Assembly (NCBI RefSeq): GCF_001194135.2
Contig: NC_068981.1
Span: 127,367,507 to 127,431,506 of the forward strand
Length of the DNA: 64,000 nucleotides
Reading direction: 5' to 3'
DNA from: Octopus bimaculoides
Taxonomy: Eukaryota
Made by a program: the position numbers and the translations under genes. Positions 1 through 13,109 of this stretch are shown one piece after another. Position 1 is the first letter of the stretch. Each line of letters begins with the position of its first letter. Under the pieces are notes generated by a model. The model searched no databases and was not told where the DNA came from. It saw only the letters and a program-made list of their open reading frames with translations.

Positions 1-749
1 TATAATATATATATGTATGTATTATATATATATATATATATATATATAAATACATATAATACATATATATATATATAATACATATATCTATATAAAATAC
101 AATATATGCATATCTATATAGAATAGAATATGTACATATCTATTTAATATATATATATAATATAGTGGTAAATTATTTTATTTCATTTATTTTTTTTATT
201 ATTATCAAGAAAAGGTCAAGATGACTTAAAAAAGAAGCCTAAAAACATTTTTTATTGAGCATAATGCGAACACCATAGTATGCTCTGTTGACTGAATGAC
301 TTTCTGAATTAACTGCATTTTCTCTGAGGAGTTTGTAGTATGCAGTTTCAAGATGGTTACATATATTCCAGCATTTGTTTCATTTAAAATATTTAACTTT
401 TTTTTTTTATTCTGTTGAACCTCCTGGAGAGGACTTCAGTGGCACTGAACAGCAGAACAATTCACATCCAATAAAAAGGATGTGGCTTTGTTGTTTATTT
501 TTAATCCAAAGACACATGCACAAATTTATTTTGACATACACTCACATGACATTTGCATATTTACATATATATATATATATACACACACACACAAACACAT
601 ATATATATATGTGTGTGTGTGTATGTTTATATGGACACATGTATAGTTGCATATACAAATTGTGTGGTTTAATTCACACAAACAATACCATGGAACAATT
701 CACACAGGTAGCTGCTATACGATATACATGAAAACTAAGGTTTGATTTG

Positions 750-794
<45 letters not shown>

Positions 795-1139
795 GATACA
801 TGAAAAAAACTTTTTTATGCACATGTATAAAAACATGCATGCATCTAAAAAGACACACATCTGCAGCCTGCAGTTGAACAAAGAAACAGACAAATTAAAC
901 ATCGTTCTGTGTGTACAAATTATGATATGTAATTTATTCTGTTTATTTATTAAATTTAATCAGATAAAGGAAAATAAATCTTTTTTCTCATTTCTCTGTT
1001 GTTTTATTTGATATATATTTTACTTCTTCTAACCATATTTAAGTTCATATTTAACTAACCCACCAGGGTTAGTTGAATTCTTTTTTCCCCTTCATTCTTC
1101 CAGTGCCAATAAAGTAATACTAATTACACTGAGAAACCA

Positions 1140-1350
1140 CAGCTCCAGTATTATGGACATGTGATTAGAATGTCATAGGAAAGTATTGCAAGACAGATTC
1201 AAGTTGAGCCAACTAGCAGGAGACCTAGGAGTAGACCAAGAATGACATGGTTGGATAATATCCAGTCTCAGTTGGTCATGCTTGGGAATTCAACCAGAAA
1301 ATCTAATGACAATTGCTTCTAATGGGAAGCATCAAGATATATTTCGGGTT
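1140..1350 (+). mobile_element. RTE-clade LINE C-terminal fragment
   Basis: Decayed translation YYGHVIRM...RRPRSRPRMTWLDNIQ, typical RTE ORF C-terminus. Confidence 0.6.
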
Positions 1351-1758
1351 TCATTTGTTATTTTAGTCAGAAGAGTGACCCTGCCAAGATATTGGTGCAG
1401 TTACAAATTCCCCTTCAACAGATTGAAAGTTGATGGCTGCAAAGAAAAAAAGAACTCAACAGAGAGGGAATTCTAGTGGGTTGACACTTGGGGAGGATGG
1501 GCTGGGATACAATCATTTTCATCGTTTAGCATCCACTTTTCCATGGTTGCATGGGTCAGATGGAATTTGTTGAGACAAACTTTATACGGCTGACTGCCCT
1601 TCTTGTCACCTGTTTCTAAGCAAAGTAATATTTTCCCATAGCTATTCATGTTTTTCACAGAATGGTGAAAATGAACAACTTTGCTTCTATGAGGATGATG
1701 CTTATTTATAGCCATCACATGATGTCAAGACAAGGATACACATACATAAATATATATA

Positions 1759-3304
1759 CACTACTATCCAAAAGTATAAGATCATCTACAAAAGTTTGTT
1801 TCAATATGTCATCGATTTAGACGATAATTTTTTGGAATAAAAATATGGAATAACATACTACATAAAGTTTGGGGTTTAATTCAAAATGGAATAACACTAT
1901 TTATACATATTTTATATGCAAATAATCATATTTCTTGAGTGCAAGCGTATTTGGGAATGTTGTCAAAATCATTTTATCTCCCACTTTTTGGCTACATTGC
2001 AATACATTTTGATTATTTACACTCCTTATAACATCATTTAATGACCACATTAAATGTGTTATTGTTTCTTTCAGGTTCAGTTATTAAAAATTAAGTAAAA
2101 TAAGTGAAATTCCTAAAAATCAATCTAAATTTTGGGCAAAACCAGTAATTTATCACCTGAAAAGAGGCAAAACATTGTCACATTACATAGTGAAGGTTAT
2201 AGTTTTCAAGATATAGCCCAAAAAGTTAGTTTCCTACACTGCCATCTGCTCTTTCATTGTAAGGTATAATGAAACAGGAAAAAATAACAACAGAGCTCAG
2301 TCAGGTTGTCCAAAAGTGACTTCTAAATCACAGGATAAGTTCATCAGAGTCAATTGTCTAACAGCAAATAAAATTGCTGCACAAGTAAGTGAAGCTGGCA
2401 AAGCTAACATGTCTCCTACAACCATGAGTAGACTCATTGCTGCCTGTGTAAATGGTTGTTGTGCTGCCAGAAAATCACTGCTTTGACCTGTGAATAAACA
2501 TAAGCTACTTATATGGGCCAGAAAACACCAAACCTGGACCATTGATCAATAGAAACACGACCTCTGGACTAATGAATCAAAGCTTGAAATCTTCAGATCC
2601 AAATGTAGTTTATGTGAGGTGAAGAATTGGTGAACAGATGACTCCTGAGTGTATATAGTTCCAACTGTAAAACAAGGTGGTGGGGAAGTGTGATGATCTG
2701 GAGGTGTTTTGCAGGCAACAGTTTTGGGGATATTCATCGGGTAACAGGAGTATTGAACCAAAATTGGTATTACTCTTATCCTCCAGAATCATGCCATTCC
2801 ATCTGGAACAAGGTTGATTGGTGATAATTTCATGGTGATGCAAGACAACTATCCTAAGCATACTTCTAATCTATGCAAAAACTATTTACAAAAGAAAATG
2901 GATGGAAAAAATTGACTGTAATGGAATGGCCAGCCCAATCCGATCAGAATTGTGTAGGATGTATTGGATTGCAGAGTCAAAAAGCAACAACCAAGTAGTG
3001 TAGAAACCCTCTGGACACTCTTACAAGAGGTGTGGCAAAATATTACCAGCAAATATTTGCTTTCATTGGTCGAAAGAATGCCCAGAATATGCTCTGCCGT
3101 GATTAAGGCGAAGGGTGGATATTTTGATGAGTCTAAGATTTAGAGTATTTCTCTGATTTTTACAGTTTTGTTTAGTTGCTGAGTTAATTATGTCATCCAA
3201 TAAACGTAACTATACATTAATAAAATATTTTACCAGAATCTCTGTTATTTTGTAGATGTTTTTCAAAATAAGTTTAGGTGATCTTAAACTTTTGGATAGT
3301 AATG
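1759..3304 (+). mobile_element. Tc1-like DNA transposon, defective
   Basis: About 30-bp TIRs CACTACTATCCAAAAGTATAAGATCATCTA / TAGGTGATCTTAAACTTTTGGATAGTAATG with TA on both flanks; transposase remnants LWTNESK, MQDNYPKH, WPAQS with stops and frameshifts. Confidence 0.9.
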
Positions 3305-3312
3305 TATATATG

Positions 3313-3318
<6 letters not shown>

Positions 3319-3396
<78 letters not shown>
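3319..3396. repeat. (CA)n microsatellite
   Basis: Uninterrupted CA run. Confidence 0.99.
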
Positions 3397-3398
<2 letters not shown>

Positions 3399-3971
3399 CT
3401 GTATCCAGCACACTCTGCTAAATGGTTGACATTAGGAAGGACATCCAGCCATGGAAACCATCCCACAACAGACAGTTGGAGTCTGGACAGCTCCCTGCTA
3501 GCCAGTTTCATGTCAAACCATCCAAACCATGCCAGCATAGAAAGAGGGCATTATACGATGATGATGATGATGATGATTACACACACATAGATACACTCAC
3601 ACATACAATGGACTTCTTTCAGTTTCTGTGTAACAAATCCACTCACAAGGCTTTTGGTCATCTTGGGGCTATAGTAGAAGACACTTACCCAAAATGCCAA
3701 GCAGTATGGCTGAACCTTAGACTATGCAGTTGGAAAGCAAGCTTCTCAACTACACAGCTACTCCTGTGACTATGTTGTTATATATTTATATATGCATTTA
3801 TTTCATCTATGATGAAATCTACCTTGCCAATGAAGTAACGAAGGAGATTTTATACCATTGTTTGACCAACTAGAAATAGAAACCAAATCTTCCTCCAGTC
3901 ACATACTAAAGAAAAAAGGAAGGAGATACATTGGATATTGTAGCCCAAGAAATAATAATCCTTTTTATTAT

Positions 3972-4395
3972 AGGCACAAGGCCTGAAATTTGGTGGGGGG
4001 GATTGTTGATTACATTGATTCCAGTGCATAACTGGTACTTATTTTATCAACCCCGAAAGAATGAACGGTAAAGTCGACCTTGGCAGAATTTGAACTTGGA
4101 ATGTAGCAATGGGTGAAATGCCACGAAGCATTTCATCCAGCACACTGATGATTCTGCCAGCTCACCGCCTTATTAATAATATTAATAATATTAACAATAA
4201 TCCTTTCTACTATGGGCACAAGGCCTGAAATTTGGGGAAGGGGGTTTGTTGGTTACATTGACCCCAGTACTTCACTGGCACTTATTTTATCAACCTTGAA
4301 AAATGAAAGGCAAAATTGACTCCAGCAGCATTTGAACTCAGAATGTAATGACAGTAAAGATACTGCTAAACATTATGCTCAGCATGCTAATGATT
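3972..4395 (-). mobile_element. Two adjacent tRNA-derived SINE copies (octopus OR-like family)
   Basis: Both align by eye to the intact copy at 49068-49276 (A/B boxes, cctttcatcctttcggggtcgataaaataagtaccag core). Confidence 0.8.
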
Positions 4396-4429
4396 CTACC
4401 AGCTCACAGCTTCATAATAAAAATAATAA

Positions 4430-4735
4430 AGGGCACTCAGAGAGCGCAAACATCTGCCAAGACAACACCAATGTCTTCTCAACAATTAGCCAGAGATGAT
4501 TTTTAAAATGAGAATTTCTGAAATAAACTCGACAAGAATACTAAAAATGAGCCCAACCGCTCTCAAAAATTAAGTCAAAAGACAAGAAAAATAATCCAGT
4601 ACTGGATTGATCCCAAAATGTAATCAGTTCATGCCAGTCATGAGGTCAAACATCCCTGAAAGTTTCATCTGAATCCATCCAGCAGTTCTTGAGATATCTT
4701 GTCCATAGACAAACAAACATGGCTGAAAACTGTAA
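4430..4735 (+). mobile_element. Non-autonomous Helitron/Helentron-type (HINE-like) element fragment
   Basis: gaaagtttcatctgaatccatccagcagttcttgagatatc followed by (ACAA)n, an architecture typical of HINE-like repeats; family call from memory. Confidence 0.4.
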
Positions 4736-4899
4736 TAATAATGAGATTATTGTACAGCATGCCCAGGTACACAACAACTCATTGAAAAAAAGGATGAAAG
4801 GGGAGACAGAAAGCAGCAGCAAGTTAAGTAAAGAGAGACAGTTATAATAGCCAAAATCCATGTATGTTCAGTACATAGAATAAAACACAAAAAGAAAGA

Positions 4900-4957
4900 C
4901 AGTAAAAGAGTCATAAAGAGGAAAGGGTGCAGTAAGAGAGTCATAAAGAGGAAAGGG
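4900..4957. repeat. 30-bp tandem duplication
   Basis: cagtaa(a/g)agagtcataaagaggaaaggg twice, 1 mismatch. Confidence 0.9.
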
Positions 4958-5214
4958 AAATAGGTACATCAGAAGTAATGTTAGCAAGCTTCAGGAAGAC
5001 TGGTTTTTTGAAGAATGCCTGAAAAAAAAATAATCAGTAGAGCTAACCTGATGCTAAACAACAATCCTCTACACTATAAAATAAAAACAAGGTGTATATT
5101 TCCTTGTAGGTAATAGCAATAATATTTCATTGATTCTTTACATAGGCAGAAGGTTACATTGTTTTTTTTTTGTAAGAAGTAGTCAGTGGAATTGGCCTAA
5201 GTACATTATTGGTT

Positions 5215-5425
5215 TCAAATTTTGGCACAATGCCAGCAATTTCGATGGAGTGGGTAAGTTGCTTACATCAACCCCAGTGCTCAACTAGTACTTATTTTAT
5301 CAAACCCAAAAAGAAAAAAGGCAAAGTTGACCTTCGTAGAATTTGAACTCGGAATGTAAAGACAGATAAAATACCACTAAGTATTTTGCCTGGTATGATA
5401 ATGATTCTACCAGCTCACCATCTTA
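5215..5425 (-). mobile_element. tRNA-derived SINE copy
   Basis: Same family as 49068-49276. Confidence 0.8.
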
Positions 5426-6599
5426 CCTAAGTACATTATTGGTAATATTTATCAATAACATAGCCAGTTTTGGCAGGATCCAAACCAAGAACCTAATCAC
5501 CAAAATGTTCTCTACTGTATCAGCCTCACTTACTGTCACACCCAGAAAGGTCAAATATGATTGCTAGTTGTTTCTTAAGCTTGCAATGATGAGCACAGAT
5601 TCTCTGATGAGCTGAACCTATTAGTGACTAGCATCCAGTCTAGTGTGGGGAAGTCTTTCTCAAGCACTTATCTTGAAAATTAGGTTACATTTTATATGCA
5701 GTAGTAGTACTATTTGGTAATAGGAAAAGATAAAACTTAGGGCAGAGTGGTATCCAAAGGCAAAGAAGTGGCAGAATTGTTAGAGCAGCTGACAAACAGC
5801 ATTGCAGTATCTATTCTAGTTTTCTTACATTCTGAGTTCAAATCTTGCTGAGGCCATGTTTGCTTTTCATCCTTCTAGAGTCTATAAAATAAAGTGCCAA
5901 TCCAGTGCAATGGACTAGAAGAATTGTCAGAGCAACAAACGAAATGAATTGTAGTATTTGTTACAGCTTTTTACATTCCAAATTCAAATCCTATCAAAGT
6001 CAACTTTCCTTTTTATTTTTCTGTCAGGTGATAGAATGGTTAAAACATTGGCATAAATGTTTTGTGGTATTTATGCCAGCTCTTTACAATTTGGTTATTC
6101 AGACAGATGTGGTAGAGTATGGTATGAGGAAATATATCTGTATTTAGCCACCAAGAGGGTGTCTTATAAGAAACACTTGAAAGCAATGGAGAATCGCCTT
6201 AGTATTCTTCTATGAACATACCCATGTCAAACAAAAAATACTTGTCAAGAAAATTACCAGGAGTTGTTTGTCAACTTGATAATGCAAAGAAGGAAGGAAG
6301 GATATATTTGAGCTATAAAATCTTGCTGACTTCTTGGGAAAAGAATTAAGAGCAATTCCTTTTCAAACTATCTTGTTGTTGACTACCTGATCTTTTTTCT
6401 TGGTACAATGCACCTAGAATTATATTATCCAGTGTGTTCTGTTCTAAGACAATAGTATGTGATTTGAAAGAGATCTGGCTACTATTTCTTGTAGGTTGAG
6501 TGACTACTGAGGCATTCTCAGTGGTTTAATTTAAAGCTATGACAGGAAGTAAAGGTATAAACTGATAATCAGATTAATTATTTAGAGATAGATAAGCAA

Positions 6600-6850
6600 C
6601 AGCACATGGCGTAGAGGCTAGGGTGTTTGACTCACAAACATAAGGTCACAGGTTTGATTCCTGGACTGGGCAGTGCATTGTGTTCATGAGCAAGGAAGGC
6701 ACTTCATTTCAAGTTGCTCCAGTCTACTCAGCTGAAAATAAGTATCAGCTTAGTACTGGTGCAGCCCTTTGTCCCTCCAGCAGTCAAATCATTGATGTTC
6801 TACTCAGTCAAAGAGTGCTATGGTCAAGAGGGTATCTTTCCTTGTGACTG
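6600..6850 (+). mobile_element. tRNA-headed SINE with CORE-like domain, degraded
   Basis: Homologous to the copy at 54099-54431 (B-box GTTTGATTCC, ttgtgttcatgagcaag...cacttcatttc). Confidence 0.65.
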
Positions 6851-8399
6851 TTTATATATCTAAAATGATAATAAGCAAAAAGTACTGTATATGCTACCAG
6901 ATTCTACTTGCAAGTGACAATTATGATTCAGAGAGAAATTGTGTGTATGTGTTGATGACTGAGTTGCTGGAATTTCAAACAAGATAGTGGTTCATATCCT
7001 ATTACCAACACTACTCTGCGTCCATGGACAAGACAACATGCAAGTGTGAGAAGAGATGAATGAATGGTTAGTTAGTGGTTAGCAAATAATATTCTGTCAG
7101 CAGCAATATATATTTGTGTCTCAGAGAATTAACTTTTAAATTAACCCATCTACCTAGTTATAAATAAGTTCCACAGAGAAGGAACAAATTGCCACTTTAA
7201 GCAGTTCTGTTGTAATTGTTTAAGCTAAGGTTAACTCTGATCAAGCAGACATGACCATTCCATCTTTTCTACAGACACAATGCAACCAGAATCACATTAT
7301 TCCATATCTTTCCTTTTGTTGAGACAACATGGTGACACTGGGGCCTGGTGCAGCTCTGCAGCCTGCTGGATCTTGTCAAACCATTTGACCCATGCCGTTA
7401 AACAATAATGATGTATGGTATAATTGAAGGGAAAATTCTAACTGTGCCAGCTCTGTAAAAGTGGTAGCTCATTCGTTAACTTAGAGTATTAAGTTCAATT
7501 CCTGTTGTGGGTCTAAGAAACTACTCCAGTCCCTGAATCATTTTGACTCACCTTGCCTTTGAACTCAGGCTCTAGTTCTGATTACAGGTTGATGTGCATC
7601 AACCAATTCCACATGGAAATCTCAATCACAAGGAAAATCCCTGGTTATCAAGAACAATTTTACATTTCATATGAACAATGGTCTTGTCTGCTATAAAATC
7701 TTGCTGAACTATTTTGGGAAAAAGAATTAAAAGCAAATCCTTTTCAAACTATTTTGTTGTTGACTACTTACTATTCTTTCTAGGCACAGTGCACCTAGAA
7801 TTATCCTATGTATTCTTAATGTGTGATTTGAAGGAGACTTGGTTACTATTTCTAGTAGGTTGAGTGACAACAGAGGCTTTCTCAGTGACTTGATTTAAAA
7901 CTAGGATGCATTATAGGAATATAAATCAACCCAATACTTGACTGATAATTTATTTTATCAAACCTGAAAAGTTGAAAGCAAAGTTAAGCCCAGCAGAATT
8001 TAAATTCAAAATGGAAAAGAACATAACTAACTACTGCAATGTATGTTATCCAACACACTAACAATTCAGCCAATCTCCCATATATATTTTTTTAAATTTC
8101 ATGACTAGATATTTTACATTAATAACACAGTCATGAAATTAAGGGTGAAGTTTGTACAAATCTATACCAGTTATTTTAAACCCTCAGAGAGATAAAAGCA
8201 AAGGAAACTCTTGCAGAATTTGAGATCAACATAAAAACAGCGTTTTACTATTTCTGCCACCCCATCACCTTCTACTTTAATTATAAAAATGCCAATGATG
8301 GAGCTTCTATGTAGTCATTTAACCTGCTAGAGTTAGCAGTAAAGTCACACCATACCAACTTAAATAAGAAAAAAACATTAAATAATACCTACCTCTAAA

Positions 8400-8880
8400 A
8401 TATGAAGCATACATCCATGCACTGCCTAAAATTACTCCCACCAAAAGTATTTCTACTGACTTTCCAGGCCTGCTGGATATAGGGAGTCAGTAATTTTGCA
8501 ACCTTTATCACTATTATTATCATCAAACCCTTTAAAACCTGTTGAATTTGGGTGAGTCTTCTTAAGAATCACACATCACCTGTCATCTCAGTCCATTGTC
8601 ATCTACTCCATGAGATTCACAGTCTGGAGATCAGCCTTCACCACTTCATCCCATGTCTTCCGGGGTCTCCCTCTTCCACAAGCTCCATCCACATAAAAAT
8701 GATCAGCACTTCTTTATACAACTGTCCTCACCCATATCCATACTAACACAGTCACCTTTCTTGCACACTAGATCCGATTCCTCATATGCTCGGTTTTTCT
8801 TTCAGTCCATTTGTACTTTGTTATTCATACACACTCACAGTGCCCGTCCAACGGAGGTCGTATTTCAATATGCCTGAAAA
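8400..8880 (-). mobile_element. RTE LINE 3' fragment
   Basis: Minus-strand remnants ...LRWTGTVSV...RGDPGRHGMKW, similar to the RTE ends at 19080-19200 and 30050-30320. Confidence 0.55.
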
Positions 8881-10677
8881 ATGTATTATCTAAAGATACC
8901 ACGTAGAAATTCAGTTCATTTAGCTCTAAAAAAAAGTACCAGATAAAAGTTTAGCTCAGCTCCAACTGAAAACAGAATTGAAGAGTGCTTCGTTAATTCT
9001 GATTTCAGACCCTCTCTGAGTAGAAAGCTACAGAAAATTTCTCCAGTGAATTGTACTATGCCTACATTCAGATTAAGCTTTCTTTGGTACTCTAAGGAAT
9101 CAATAAATTACGGGATATTACAAACTGGTAAAAAGTCAACGAAAAGTTGATGCGAGTTAATGTGTCGAACAGAGCTTTTCATTTGTTAACATTATATACA
9201 TTTTGCACAAGCGATTCTTATTGATAGTAAACAGCCCAGAATCTTTCAATTCTAGTGATTACTTTGGAGTAATGATCTCCCTTGCATTCCTTGTTTTGTA
9301 TGAGTTACCTTTCTTACATATCTGCTTCATGGCAGATTTTCACATCGCCGTCAGTCAAGTCTTCGCTCTAAAAACCTGAGAATTATGTTTTTCTATCAAC
9401 AGGGAAACATTGTCTAAACAAATCAAATATCCAGTGAGACATAGTTTTTATGACCAAAAGAGAAGTACGTAGTTACTATGTCATATACGTCTTTAGTTTG
9501 GTAAATTTGGCTTCTTTCAAGAAAATATATATTCTTAAGCAAGGGCAATATAAGAGCCAAAATTTCTATCGATAAAAGGATTGTGTTTGTATGCCATTCA
9601 TGCAAATGCAAAAGCATTAGTAATGTCAGACTCAAAATATTTAAATTAAGTATCATTTATTTTTTTCATGAATGAACAAAAACTGGAAAGTGATTACTTT
9701 TGGAAATATGTAAAAATTAACACTTCCTTCTGCAAGCTCAGATTCTGAGGATTCTCGGTCGTCCAAACCACCATGATCAACAGGCGCAAAAAAAGGTTTT
9801 CTTTGTCCTGTCAAAAAATGATAAATCATCTCCCTTTGGCCTACGACCTCTGCCATGTCAGGCAAAGTTCAAATGGACAGGAGCTGACCTATTCAGGCAC
9901 AATTTCTGCTGCAGTATGTCTGTCCTTCTAGCTGCCACAGCGATTATAAAATACCGTGGTCAACAGAGAGACAGACAGAAAGGCCTGGGACGCAGACAGA
10001 AGGCTTTGGCAGACACGCAGAGAACGAGAGAAATGTTCAAATGAAGTTTCATGGCAGACTACTTTCTCAGATGAACGACGCACGCACACAGACAAACATA
10101 TTCAGTTCTGACATATCACCTCCACAGATGTGCCCTGTTTCTATTACTAGCAACTCGTAACAGTTGTCAACAATTACATGTAGTGAAGAATATTGTATAC
10201 CAAAGACAAATGCAAGGACAGTAAATAAATTATTCTAACTATGAATCAATGTCACTTATTTGTTTACTACAAAGGCATCCACATGCCTCTCGCATTTGTT
10301 CACCTTAACACATACTGATACAAACTTAACCACTACAAGTACATTCTTACTTTCAATAGAAGAATAATAGTATGTTGTTGGACGAACCAAAGAAAGAACG
10401 GATGAAAGAACTATGTAATCTCTTGACCTGTTTCTCAAATTACCTTCAAACCAAACCCTACTCTCCTAAAAACAATGCATTGGGTAATGTTATCTGGGGT
10501 ATACTATTGATTGGAGAAAAAATAAGATAGAATGGCCATGGCTTGAATGCTTCTGATCAAGGCTGACGTGAGCCTAAATCAAAGAAAATATATCAGAAAT
10601 CAAGTATATATTTTTGTGGCATTTATTTATCAGAGTTTTGCAAATTTTGACATTTGTTCTCATCACTGACTTCTTAA

Positions 10678-11289
10678 CCCTTTAGCATTCAGATTCCGCT
10701 GTCAAGTGTAATAATTATTGGTTCATATTCATTTGAATTAGTTGTGCATTATCTTTTAGACAGTTTGTTTGTATCATGGTTGTGGAGCCATCTAAATATG
10801 ACTCTATTCAGAAGGCTGTAATATCATTTGATAGGAACACGATACAAAGAAATACCTAGAACAAGGCAGTAACCTTAAATACCTTTAATGTCGGCCTCAC
10901 ATATATATACAAGCTGAATGATAAATCGAAATGGTTTAATGCATGGAGGCCATGATCTTCTCCTGCGTGTAACCTCCTGTCTGCTAGCTGGCGTGTGGTG
11001 TGAGAGAGCCAACTAGATCATGTCTTTGCTCTCGAACGTCCCGATGCCAAAAGAGGAAGAGGTGAGTGTCTGAACCTTAATGTTGCGTGTACCCTCTATT
11101 GTCCAGCTAATTAGGCAACCGCTATCAGGGGAGGTAACTGTGCCTACAATCTTGTAACTGAGATTTCAATGACATGACTGTTTATATTGAGAATAATATT
11201 ATAAGGTGTGAGAGGCCGGATCTTACCAGTTTGTGCATAAAACTGATAAAATATTTTTGCCAGATATGGTCAGTTTAAATGCTAAAGAG
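10678..11289. mobile_element. piggyBac-type MITE
   Basis: TIRs CCCTTTAGCATT / AATGCTAAAGAG flanked by TTAA on both sides (10674-10677, 11290-11293). Confidence 0.8.
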
Positions 11290-11449
11290 TTAAACAGGGG
11301 CAGCCAGTGGAATACCAGGAAAATTCTTAAGGGTTTAACCCCACTGTCACCATATGTACATAAAGTAAATATAGTATACTACTAGTAGTAGTTGATTGAT
11401 CATGCCATCATTTATTCGAACATGATATATCTAGGATTACATCATCTTA

Positions 11450-12200
11450 TGTGTCCTTTCCTTTTTATGACAATAGGCTGGGAGTTGGCTGATATTCCCA
11501 GTAGTCTTGACTCCAGCTTTAATAAATAACCTTCCACTACTTTATTTCAACACCTTAGCAGAAGAGGTGAGTGAGTGCTGATGAGCAGTAAAGATAGCAA
11601 AACCCAGCAAGTGGATCCTCATCCCAAAGCTGCTGAAAAAGTACTTGTGTAATTTCTCAGCAATTACATATGGATATCATCATTGTCTTTATATCTGCTT
11701 TTCCATACTGGCATGAGTCAACCTGATCAAAGCACAGTATCTTCCCATTTGTTGCACTATTTCATGACTATTCACATCTACAAGCTCCTTCTACTTACAT
11801 CATTTGACTCATTTTCATCGAACTCTTATTCATCACAAACCTCACATGTCCATGCCATCAGTCTTCTCTTTAATGCACAAATGCTGAAGATTTTTTTTCA
11901 GCAGCCTTGTACTTTGTCACTCATGCATTCTGATGTGACACATCCAGTGGAACATAATTATTTAATTTCTTTTCAGTTGTCATATATTCTCCACATTTAT
12001 TGCCCATATCTTTCTACTATGCAATATCACATTTTGTGCTCAAGCATCAGTTAGTTTAGAATTCACTTGGAGAGAGAAATGCTTATGTTGCCAACATAGA
12101 GAATCATTTCATGAACTTCTTTCACCCAGTCCTTACTCTGGTTATTGTTTTTGCAATACACTCCATTGCTTATTAGGCCATCTAGGTAAAAGAAACTATT
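11450..12200 (-). mobile_element. RTE LINE 3' fragment, decayed
   Basis: Minus-strand remnants HWMCHIR and RRL.WHGHVR. Confidence 0.5.
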
Positions 12201-13109
12201 GACTAGATCTACTGAGCCTTGCATGGATCAGACAGAATTTGTTGAGGCAGGTTTTCCTTATGGTCAGAGGTCCTCCCTTTCACCAACCCTTACCTGTTTC
12301 CAAGCAAGCTAATATTTCATTAGGGAAGACAAGAAATAAACATTACTTGTATGACAATGATGCTCATTTACAATCATTAAATGATGTCAAGACAAAAGTA
12401 AACAGAATCACACACACAGAGACACCATCATCATTTAACATCCGTTCTCCATGCTGGCATGGGTTAGACAGTTTGACAGGTGTTAGCCAGATGGAGACCT
12501 GCTCAGGCTCCATTTGTCTGTTTTTGGCATGCTTTCTATGGCTGGATGCCCTTTCTAATGCCAACCACTTTACAGAATGTACTGGATGTATTTATATGGC
12601 ACTGGCTTGGGCACTTTTACATGGCAATGGCATGAGTGCTTTTATATGGCACTGGTACAGGTACCTTTATGTGGCACTAACACTCATGAGCCCATAAAAC
12701 TAGGATCTCTCAGCTGACAGAGAGGGATGTAGAAGATATGCCTGTATGCATGGACAACCACAATTTTGTTTAGATTGGCATGTCTTCTCGAGCACAACAA
12801 ACTGCCAGAATTCTCAGTCCCTTGTCGTCCCCTCTGTGAGACCCAACATCTGAAGATCCTTTCTCACTGCATCCCATGTCTATATATAAATACACACACA
12901 CACACACACACATATATGCAACAAACTTCTTTCAGTTTCCATCTACCAAATGCACTCACAAGGTCAGGGTTATAGTAAAAGGGACATGCCATTTCCTCTG
13001 TGAGGCCCAACATCTGAAGATCTTTTTTCACCACTTCATCTCACTTCTACACACACACACACACATATATATATACATACACAAGGGAGTACCCAAAAGA
13101 AATTGGAAT

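Noticed and set aside
240-480. Possible terminal exon of a neighbouring gene (short open frames on the minus strand)
   Set aside because: No convincing acceptor and no recognisable protein similarity.
375-1011. ORFs with HT/CV/YI runs here and elsewhere in the track
   Set aside because: Translations of (CA)n, (GT)n and (AT)n microsatellites.
6290-7900. Direct repeat pair at about 6310-6520 and 7690-7900 as LTRs
   Set aside because: No TG...CA ends or internal gag/pol; part of the sequence recurs elsewhere in the window as a dispersed repeat.
11019-11067. MSLLSNVPMPKEEE followed by a GTGAGT donor as a first exon
   Set aside because: It lies inside a TTAA-flanked MITE (10678-11289) and no downstream plus-strand exons were found.
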